Origin: Octopus sinensis | Lineage: Eukaryota | Assembly (NCBI RefSeq): GCF_006345805.1 | Contig: NW_021829597.1 | Location: forward strand, 1-32,206 | Direction of reading: 5' to 3' | Length of the DNA: 32,206 nucleotides | Shown here: positions 23,005-32,206 of the stretch, in pieces | Layout: each line of letters opens with the position of its first letter | Numbering within the stretch: the stretch's first letter is position 1 | Translations under genes and position numbers: made by a program | Notes under the pieces: generated by a model | The model's database searches: none | The model's input: the letters and a program-made list of their open reading frames with translations, nothing else | Told to the model about the DNA's origin: nothing

Positions 23005-23252
23005 CTCATCTATATATATATATATATATATATATACTCATCTATATATATATATATGTACACACCTATATATATGCATATATATATTTATACCCATCTC
23101 TCTTCTCTCTCTCTCTCTCTATATATATATATAATATATATAGGGGAAGGGAGAGACGGGTGTACGTACATATATAAATAAATAAATGTATGAATATATG
23201 CATGTATATATATATATATATGTATGGATATATATATTGTGTGTGTGTGTAT

Positions 23253-23334
<82 letters not shown>

Positions 23335-23647
23335 TATATATATGTGCGTGCATGCTTGTTTACATTAATATCGATCTGCCATGCGTATATAATTTTATTT
23401 ATTTTATTCTTGTTGTTCTTCAGTCGACAGGAAATACATATTTCCATATATAAACACACATACCAACCATCTATCCTTCATTCGTCATTAACTAGTGAAG
23501 AATATTATTCTTGATTTTGTCAATACGAACTTGTTCCCACTAAATGTAGAAATCTATGATAATAATGTAAAGATAATATTATAATAATATGATAATAAAA
23601 TAGTATTTTTACTTAACTTCATCGCTATATATATATATATATAGGCG

Positions 23648-24040
23648 GGCGCATGAGTGGCTGTGTGGTAAGTAGCTTGCTTACCAATCACATGGTTCTG
23701 GGTTCAATCCCACTGCTTGGCACTTTGGGCAAGTGTCTTCTACTATAGCCTCGGGCCGAACAAAGCGTTGTGAGTGGATTTGGTTGACGGAAACTTAAAT
23801 AAGCCCGTCAGATATATGTATATGTATATATATATTTGTGTGTTTGCGTGTCTGTGTCTGTCCCCTCAAAATCGCTTGACATCCGATGCTAGTGTATTTA
23901 CGTCCCCGTAACTTAGCGGTTCAGCAAAAGAGACCGATAGAATAGGACTACAAAGAATAAGTCCTGGGGTCGATTTACTCGACTAAAGGCGGTGCTTCAG
24001 CATGGCCACAGCCAAATGGCTGAAACAAATAAAAGAATAA
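23648..24040 (+). mobile_element. SINE family A, full length
   Basis: GGCGCATGAGTGGCTGTGTGGTAAG..GGTTCAATCCC..GGCTGAAACAAATAAAAGAATAA. Confidence 0.92.
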
Positions 24041-24168
24041 TATATATATATATGTATATATCTATCTATCTCTCTCTCTCTCTCTATATCTATATATATA
24101 TATATATGATATGTATATATATAGTATATGTATATGTATATTAATATGTATATGTATATATATATATG

Positions 24169-24212
<44 letters not shown>

Positions 24213-24726
24213 TATATGTATATGTATAATATATATGTATATCTATATATATATATATATTATATATATACATATATATATATATATATAATTACATACG
24301 GTGATCTAAATGAGAGACCCTATGCGGCTCAATCATGGAGAAAGAGCAGTCAAGTCTCCCTTATATTACACTGCCATTTTGAAAGGGAATACATCATTAT
24401 CAACATTAATTCTGTCTCTTTTTCTTACATAGATTCATCCAACATGCACATTCAGAATCCCTAAGTCGAAGAACGACACCATCTCTATCCAACTATATCT
24501 GTTATTTAAAGTCAACCGAGATCTTACTTTACATCAACTGGAAGAGTATGTCCCTTCCTGCTTGCATAACACCTTTGGAGTTATATAATATTTTAACTTC
24601 ATTATACTCCTTAATAGATAAATTACTTATATACACTAGCGTCAATAATAGTACAAAGCAGTATAGTTATTTGAATCTCAATATACTTTACGTTTATGCT
24701 TTATGATTTCTATGAAGTAATTATAA

Positions 24727-25036
24727 AAGGCAAAGAACCCGTTCAGTCATGAATGACCATAGGATTGCACCTAGAAAGTTCCCTTCCAAGAATGAAGTCC
24801 AGGCAAGGTTGTTCATGGAAGACCAGCAGTCACCCATGCATATCTCCACGCCACTGACGTTATGAACAGAAAAGGTAATGGCCGATACAGCTCGGCACCA
24901 GTGACGCTGGGTGAAGTGGAGAAACATGAAATAAAGTGTCTTCCTCAAGAACACAATGCACAGCCCGGTCCAGGAATTGAACTCACAACCGCGTGATAGT
25001 GAGCCCGATGCTCCAACCGCTGAGCTATGCGCTTTC
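24727..25036 (-). mobile_element. SINE family B, near full length, diverged
   Basis: Reverse complement aligns along 13810-14150. Confidence 0.85.
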
Positions 25037-25508
25037 ACATCGCAAGATGTTGGTTTCGAAATCCCAGGCTAGTTGTGCATTGTGTTCTTGAGCGAATCAC
25101 AAGTCTGGGATTCGAAACCACTATCTTGTGCTCGTGAGTGACACAACCCTAACCAATAGGCCATGGGATATCGCATTATATATATAATATATATATATTA
25201 TATATATATATATAAGTGTGTGAGTTTGTGTGTGTTTGTGTGTGTGTGTGTGTGTGTGCGTGTTTGAAATCTAACGGGAAGCGTGAACGTTGGTGTAATG
25301 GTAGCATACTTATCGCGAAAAAAAGGGATGTGAGTACGAGTCTCATGCGTACAGAAAATCCACTTTTTTTCTGTCGAGGGCTTATATGCCCCAAAATTAA
25401 ACTATTTTCTGTAGTCACTTCAAGATGATCGCTTATAAGCTCTGAAATTATAAATATTATTATTATTATTTACAGAACTGTCCTTCGTCATCGCTTTGAC
25501 ATTTAACA

Positions 25509-25718
25509 CTTTTACTCTTTTATTTGTTTCGGTCATTTGACTGCAGCCATACTGGAGCACCACCTTTAGTCGAACAAATCGACTCCAGGACTTATTCTTT
25601 GTACGCCTAGTACTTATTCTATCGGTCTCTTTTTGCCGAACCGCTAAATTACGGGGGACGTAAACACACCAACATCCGGTGTCAAGCGATGGTGGGGGGA
25701 CCAAACACACACACACAA

Positions 25719-25759
<41 letters not shown>

Positions 25760-26038
25760 GAGGCGCATTGACCCAGTGGTTAGGGCAGCGAAATCGCGGT
25801 TTCGATTACCAGTCCGGGCGTTGTTTATTGAGCGAAAACACCTAAAGCTCTACGTGGCTCCGGCAGGGGGTGGTGGTGAATCCTGCTGTCCTCTTTCGCC
25901 ACAACTTTCTCCCACTCTTTCTTCTGTTGGCCTGCTCGCTTAGCCAGCGGGGTGGCGTCAATTGAATGCTAAAACAATGCGAAGCGCATTGTGACCAGCG
26001 ATGTGTAGCAACATCTGATAGCCTGGTCGGTCACGGTG

Positions 26039-26073
<35 letters not shown>

Positions 26074-26204
26074 TGTATGTATGTATGTATGTATGTATGC
26101 ATGACGAGCTTCTTTCAGTTTCTCAAGGCTTCGGTCGGCCCGAGGCTATAGTTGAAGACACTTGCCCAAGGTGCTACGCAATAAGACTAAATCCGGAACC
26201 ATGT
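25509..26204 (-). mobile_element. SINE family A interrupted by a nested insertion
   Basis: 3' half at 25509-25720 and 5' half at 26100-26204, separated at the internal microsatellite. Confidence 0.85.
25759..26040 (+). mobile_element. tRNA-derived SINE (distinct body) nested in family A
   Basis: GGAGGCGCATTGACCCAGTGGTTAGG (A-box), GGTTTCGATTACC (B-box like), TTGAGCGAAAACAC; 3' hairpin GTGACC..GGTCAC. Confidence 0.8.
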
Positions 26205-26281
26205 TAGTTAAAACCTAACTAAATAATTTTCATGTAATTATATATCCTGCTATTTAATTGTTCTTTTATTTAACATTTTCC

Positions 26282-26313
<32 letters not shown>

Positions 26314-26684
26314 ATATATATATATATATTGTGACAATTTCTTCTGCATCTGGTTTGTGCATCTTGCTTTGCCCTTTCCGTTTCTCTTAATCTTATTTTT
26401 ACATGATTATCATCAGCGTAATCAAATACACTTTACTATTCCATTCTATATCCATTATAGATGATCTCTAATCCTTACATTGAGACACATTTATTTGCAA
26501 TTATTATTAATTTGGTTTTTGTTCTTTTTTTTTTGCTATCCTAAGGGAAAATGTTACAGCTTTGAACATCTCGTATATATCGATCTATTCATATATATAT
26601 ATATATATATATCTTTGTAATCTCTGTATTTATGCATATTTCCAGTCCTCTAGCACTCTTACTAACTCTGTATCTCTCTGTCTG

Positions 26685-26733
<49 letters not shown>

Positions 26734-26735
26734 TA

Positions 26736-26777
<42 letters not shown>

Positions 26778-28224
26778 CAACATCCATATATATATATGTA
26801 TAGGTATATATCTATATGGATATATATATATAATATATATATATATAGATATAGATGCTAAATAAATATATATACATATGTATATGCAAAGCACACACAC
26901 ACACACCACACACACACACACAAACAACACACACACAATATATATATATAATAATATATATAATATATATACACACATCTATTTGCACGTATGTACATGT
27001 ATTATATATGTACATATTCGAATATATGTGTGTGTGTGTGTGTGTGTATATATACATGTCTTTACATGTGTAGATATATATGTATATGTATACAAGTATA
27101 TATACCTGATATATGTCTGTTCAGATGTAAATGAATATGCTTTATACCTATCTGTGTGTGTGTGTGTGTGCATTTGTGTATGATTCATCTCCATTGCCAA
27201 CCAATTTATCTTTTTTTCCGTATGAATATAGATTTATATACACCAATATATACGTTAGTTTTTGGTCAGTATATTTACGTGTTTATATTTGCTTTCGATA
27301 TGCGCACACAGTTGTATGTAAATAAAGATATATATATATGTGTGTGTGTGTCTGTGTATACCTGTATATTCATATACTCCAATATATATTATATATATAT
27401 ATATATTCTTTGCATGTACACATATGTTTGTGTATGGGTACTCTTGTATACTGTATGTACATATGTTTCCGTATGTATATAGATTAGATAAGTAATCAGA
27501 CAGACAGATTATTTTCATTGCATTTGCCTCCAAGTTCAAAGTCGAATGACTCATCTTACCTTCAAAATTACACGTACATAATACCACGTGCTTTTCTTTC
27601 CGGAAATCAAACCTTTTTAAATAACTTTTTCCTAGCTATCCTCTTATGCATAATCTAATCCTTTATTAACACCCTTAGTATTTTTCCTCTAAGATTCTTT
27701 CTTTTTCTTTGTGAAGTAAATTTCCTCCTCTGATTTCCAATAATTCTAAAGAACCGTCAAATATTATTTTACTGTGTTTCTTTCAAATATTTTCATCTAA
27801 TAAATTTTTCACTTCTAACCTTCTACTTTCATATCTAAAATTAATGTTATTTGTGCTCCCATGATTCATTCAATTTGATATTCTCTACACTTTTAGCTTT
27901 TTCTAGACGTGTCCCCTATCTTGCTTGCACCTCGTTCCCATATTTTAATTAACCTCTATTTTGAGGGAATAAATATTTTTACTTATTCAACATATTTTTA
28001 TCTCCCCTTCATTAGATTTTATGGTCGCCATTTGCAGCATTCTATAGAATATAATACAACTAATTTGCTTATAATGGTAATATTAATTCTTTCTCCTGTA
28101 ACCTTTCATCTGCTAATTCGCTTGTATTTAATTTAAATATCGAAAGATCTTAAAAGAAACAAAAAAAAAACAATAGCATTTCCAACTTGTTTATTTATTT
28201 CAAAAATTCATTTTCATGTTTTTG

Positions 28225-28225
28225 C

Positions 28226-28265
<40 letters not shown>

Positions 28266-28350
28266 ATATTTTTATTATCATCATCATCATCATTATTATT
28301 ATTATTATTATTGTTATTATTATTATTATTATTGTTGTTATTATTATTAG
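28225..28350. repeat. (ATT)n/(ATC)n microsatellite
   Basis: Direct reading. Confidence 0.95.
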
Positions 28351-28510
28351 TCATTGTTGCAGCTTACTCCTTACAAATCTCGCTTTAATCAAAATTACAA
28401 ACCTTATCCCCTTATTTGCCCTTTCACCCCAAATGTGTTTGATAATCACCGGAATATTATAATTATTTATAGTTAACACCCCTTACACACCTACTGCTCA
28501 AATATCAGCG

Positions 28511-28546
<36 letters not shown>

Positions 28547-29245
28547 TATACACACATACATACGCACACACATTCATATACATATATATATATGTATACA
28601 TATATATATATGTATACATATATATATACATCTTTTATATACATCATATATATATATATATATACATTTATATACACATCATATATATATGATGCGTATA
28701 TAAACCTATACGTATATATGATGTATATATATATAAAGAGAGAGAGAGATGCCAAACCATAACTCCATATATTACCCTTTCCTTCTCTCTCTCTCTCTAT
28801 CTCTACGTTTCTGCCCTCCTCTCTCTCTCTCTACCCCTCCCTCTCTCTCTCCTACATCTATCCCAATGTAGAATCAGCAGAGTCATATTATGGCCATTCC
28901 TGTTCGTATGTTTATCCCTTCTCTTACATTATCTACGCCGATATTTAAATAAATTTCCGCTCCTCCCCATCTATCGCTATATTTCTAAAAATCTGTATAA
29001 ATACTCAATTAATTCTTGTTTTCCTTTCGAAACAATTAATAAAATCTGCTTAACTGAAATTTCGAAAACAATGGTAACCATTTTAATACATATTTTAACG
29101 TTATTTCATGTATTGGAGCTCTTTGTTAATGTTTGGCGCTTTGGGGCATGTCTTGGCTGCAGAAAACAAGCTCAGTTTCCTAACACCTGGTTTTGAGTTC
29201 TGTCCCTTGTGTGGCACCTTTGCCGTCTACTATGGAGAAGCCTGT

Positions 29246-29279
<34 letters not shown>

Positions 29280-29306
29280 CACGTATATATACATATAAAT
29301 AAGAAA

Positions 29307-29513
29307 TAAATGCACCCTTTTAAAGCCTAGTCCCAGCTTCAAGGGACGCCAGTCCATCGCAGCCTTACCCATTTTTGCCAGCCGAGATGACTGGAGCAAC
29401 GTGAAATGAAGTGTTTTGCTCAAGAACACAACGCTTCGCCCGGTCCAGGAATCGAAACCACAATCTTACGATCATGGTGCTGACACCCTAACCACTAAGC
29501 CACGCGCCTCCAC
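29307..29513 (-). mobile_element. SINE family D (family B head and centre, different tail), with a deletion in the tail
   Basis: Minus strand GGAGGCGCGTGGCTTAGTGGTTAGG..GGTTTCGATTCCTGGACCGGG..GTTCTTGAGCAAAACAC..CTAGGCTTTAAAAGGGTGCATTT. Confidence 0.88.
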
Positions 29514-29539
29514 ACGGAAATTGATAATAATAATAATAT

Positions 29540-30719
29540 AAATGCGCCCTTTTAAAGCCTAGCCAGGCTCATGGGTCCGGTTTCCCGGTTTCTATGGCGT
29601 ATGTGTTCCCCAGCTGGACGGGACGCAAGTCCATCGCAGCGTTACTCATTTTTGCCAGCTGAGTGAACTGGAGCAACGTGAAATGAAGTGTTTTTGCCAA
29701 GAACACAACGACGCTCGCCCGGTCCAGGAATCGAAACCACAATCTAGAAGTCATGAGTGCAACATCCTAACCATTAGCTGAGTGGCTGGAGCACATGAAA
29801 TGAAGTGTTTTGCTCAAGAACACAACGCGTCGCCCGATCCAGGAATTGAAACCACAATCTGGAAGTCATGAGTGCAACATCCTAACCATTAGCCGAGTGA
29901 ACTGGAGCAAAGTGAAATGAAGTGTTTTGCTCAAGAACACACGCGTCGTCGCCCGGTCCAGGAATCGAAACCACAATCTAGAAGTCATGAGTGCAACATC
30001 CTAACCATTAGCCGAGTGAACTGGAGCAACGTGAAATGAAGTGTTTTGCTCAAGAACACAACGCGTCGCCCGGTCCAGGAATCGAAACCACAATCTAGAA
30101 GTCATGAGTGCAACATCCTAACCATTAGCCGAGTGAACTGGAGCAACATGAAATGAAGTGTTTTGCTCAAGAACAGAACGCGTCGCCCGATCCAGGAATT
30201 GAAACCACAATCTAGAAGTCATGAGTGCAACATCCTAACCATTAGCCGAGTGAACTGGAGCAACATGAAATGAAGTGTTTTGCTCAAGAACAACGCGGTC
30301 GCCCGGTCCAGGAATCGAAACCACAATCTAGAAGTCATGAGTGCAACAACATCCTAACCATTAGCAGCGAGTGACTGGAGCAACATGAAATGAAGTGTTT
30401 TTCTCAAGAACACAACGCGTCGCCCGGTCCAGGAATCGAAACCACAATCTAGAAGTCATGAGTGCAACATCCTAACCATTAGCCGAGTGAACTGGAGCAA
30501 CATGAAATGAAGTGTTTTGCTCAAGAACAGAACGCGTCGCCCGATCCAGGAATTGAAACCACAATCTAGAAGTCATGAGTGCAACATCCTAACCATTAGC
30601 CGAGTGAACTGGAGCAACATGAAATGAAGTGTTTTGCTCAAGAACAGAACGCGTCGCCCGATCCAGGAATTGAAACCACAATCTTACGATCATGGTGCTG
30701 ACAACCTAACCACTAAGCC
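29540..30719 (-). mobile_element. SINE family D with its head amplified into a 9-unit tandem array
   Basis: Single tail at 29540-29660; ~117-bp units start at 29661, 29780, 29895, 30014, 30131, 30248, 30369, 30485 and 30602. Confidence 0.92.
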
Positions 30720-30764
30720 TGCACATATATACATATACATACATATATCTGTCATTGTGTGGGG

Positions 30765-30996
30765 TCGGGTGGCTGTGTCTTTGTAGATGTCCCTGATTCT
30801 TTGCTTGGCGATCTGTTTCCTCTTGTTTATGTCTGCTTAACATAACAATTTGGCAAGAAAGGTGGAATAATGCCAGACTTCTCAAAAGTACGTAGTACTG
30901 GGATCGATTTATTTAAGATAAAACCTTTCAAGACGGTGGCGCCCCAGCCTGGTCACAATTCAACAACTGAATACAAGTAAGAAATGAAAGATAAGA
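30765..30996 (+). mobile_element. Highly diverged 3' part of a family A-related SINE
   Basis: AGTACTGGGATCGATTTA..AAGACGGTGGCGCCCCAGCCTGGTCACA..ACTGAATACAAGTAAGA. Confidence 0.55.
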
Positions 30997-31287
30997 ATTC
31001 AGGCGAGTAAAATGGACTGGACCTTTTTCGGGGTCTAGACATATGGCTAGTGATAATTTCTCTAGCCCTTTCTGTTCTGACACTAACGCCTGCGATGAAA
31101 CTCTCGCCGTCACGTATCAGCCTATATCAGTGATTTCATTGAGATTTTAAAATATATCCAAGGAACTCTGAGGCCCCTACTATAAATGTTAACATCTTGA
31201 TACAGTTCTATATTTAAGAGATGGGGAATTATGTACATTATTTAATTATTTATTTGACAGATATTTGTCCTCATCTTGTTTGTTGTT

Positions 31288-31333
31288 AACACAACGTTTC
31301 GGCTGATATACCCTCCAGCCTTCATCAGGTGTC
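31288..31333 (-). ncRNA. Minimal type I hammerhead ribozyme, copy 1
   Basis: Minus strand GACAC-CTGATGA-A-GGCTG(GAGGGTATAT)CAGCC-GAAAC-GTT-GTGTT: 5-bp stem I, 5-bp stem II and loopless palindromic ACGT stem III. Confidence 0.82.
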
Positions 31334-31404
31334 TTGGAGAAATTTGAACCTGGGTTCTCATTCCTAAGGTATATTTTTGATGTTGTTATTATTATCGTTA
31401 TTAA

Positions 31405-31477
31405 GGGCACTGCCTGGAATCGAACTTGGAATCTTGGGGTTAGTAGCTCGCGCTCTTAACCACTACGCCATATGCCC
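31405..31477 (-). other. tRNA-like Pol III head (73 nt), copy 1; not a functional tRNA
   Basis: GGGCATA-TGGCGTAGTGG (A-box)..CTACTAA loop..AGTTCGATTCC (B-box)..AGTGCCC; the GGGCA/TGCCC acceptor pairing is kept. Confidence 0.8.
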
Positions 31478-31537
31478 GTAGGCTTTATTTACATTATTTA
31501 CATTCGATGGATATTTGTCCTCATCTTGATTGTTGTT

Positions 31538-31583
31538 AACACAACGTTTCGGCTGATATATCCTCCAGCCTTCATCAGGTGTC
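31538..31583 (-). ncRNA. Minimal type I hammerhead ribozyme, copy 2
   Basis: Identical to copy 1 except one base in loop II; exactly 250 bp away. Confidence 0.82.
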
Positions 31584-31649
31584 TTGGGGAAATTTTGAAC
31601 CTGGGTTCTCATTCCTAAGGTAATTTTTTGATGTTATTATCCTTATTAA

Positions 31650-31722
31650 GGTGATTGCCTGGAATCGAACTCGGAATCTTGGGGTTAGTAGCTCGCGCTC
31701 TTAACCACTACGCCATATGCCC
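31650..31722 (-). other. tRNA-like Pol III head (73 nt), copy 2
   Basis: GGGCATATGGCGTAGTGGTTAAG..GAGTTCGATTCCAGGCAATCACC. Confidence 0.8.
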
Positions 31723-31773
31723 GTAGGCTTTATTTACATTATTTACATATTTACAAATTTCCCCAAGACACCT

Positions 31774-31860
31774 GATTAAATAAGTACCAGTTACGCACTG
31801 AGGTCGATGTAATCGATTTATCCCCTCCCCCAAGATGCCCTTGTGGCAAAAATTTAAAGT
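31774..31860 (+). mobile_element. 3' fragment of SINE family C
   Basis: GATTAAATAAGTACCAGTTACGCACTGAGGTCGATGTAATCGATTTATCCCCTCCCCCAAG..CCTTGTGGCAAAAATTT. Confidence 0.8.
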
Positions 31861-32206
31861 CATTTTTATCATCATCATCATCTCTGAGAATTGTATTGCA
31901 TTAAGTAAGTATATCGCATCTCGAACAACATCACAGTATGAGTCCTTCCCACATTACATTTAAGACAGCGTAGACTCAGACTCAGACTCAATTTTGACTC
32001 CCAACTCAGCAACAGCACTGAGCTCTTCCTTGTCTTTAACAACCTGCATTTTATTGCTAAGTGTTAGGGGCGCGCTCTCTGCTTTTAATTAAACAACCCA
32101 TCTTCCTTCCAAACGGACCTGAACGCCTATAAAATGCATCCTTGGCGCGAACCGAATTTTTCTGCCAAAATACATAAAGAAAAAGATTTAAACAAAATAA
32201 ATGTTA

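Larger units (their letters stand above)
31215..31750 (-). mobile_element. Tandem dimer of a tRNA-headed, hammerhead-containing retroelement (retrozyme/SINE-like), ~250-bp unit
   Basis: Two near-identical units plus the start of a third junction (TTTATTTACATTATTTACA); each unit has a tRNA-like head and an HHR. Confidence 0.85.

Noticed and set aside
22715-23105. Recurrent TACTCATCTA motif between (TA)n runs
   Set aside because: Ordinary slippage-derived minisatellite; the spacers are only TA runs.
27590-28140. Possible decayed LINE C-terminus on the minus strand (RGH..RLEVKN-like)
   Set aside because: Only a few residues, many stops, and very AT-rich; cannot be supported without BLASTx.
29661-30719. 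CRISPR-like regular array
   Set aside because: Whole units repeat with no unique spacers, there are no cas genes, and the unit is a SINE head.
31405-31722. True tRNA genes
   Set aside because: Anticodon and T stems pair poorly, there is no T-run terminator, and both are embedded in a repeated unit.

Overview
Eukaryotic, AT-rich, repeat-saturated intronic or intergenic DNA with no complete gene. The SINE repertoire and very high microsatellite density resemble an octopus (coleoid cephalopod) genome; this is recognition from memory, not a search. The listed ORFs are almost all translations of microsatellites or SINEs. The window holds several tRNA-derived SINE families (labelled A-D here), a complete non-autonomous Helitron, Penelope-like non-coding elements, one candidate coding exon (4921-5075) and a 9-unit tandem array of a SINE head (29661-30719). 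The most interesting signal is a set of minimal type I hammerhead ribozymes (HHRs) of the Penelope/retrozyme kind in three unrelated non-coding elements. The best case is a 250-bp tandem dimer at 31215-31730 (minus strand), where each unit joins a 73-nt tRNA-like Pol III head to an intact hammerhead with no Pol III terminator between units. It is a candidate tRNA-headed retrozyme able to release a 250-nt, possibly circular, RNA. All folds and alignments were done by eye, and element boundaries are approximate unless a motif is quoted.
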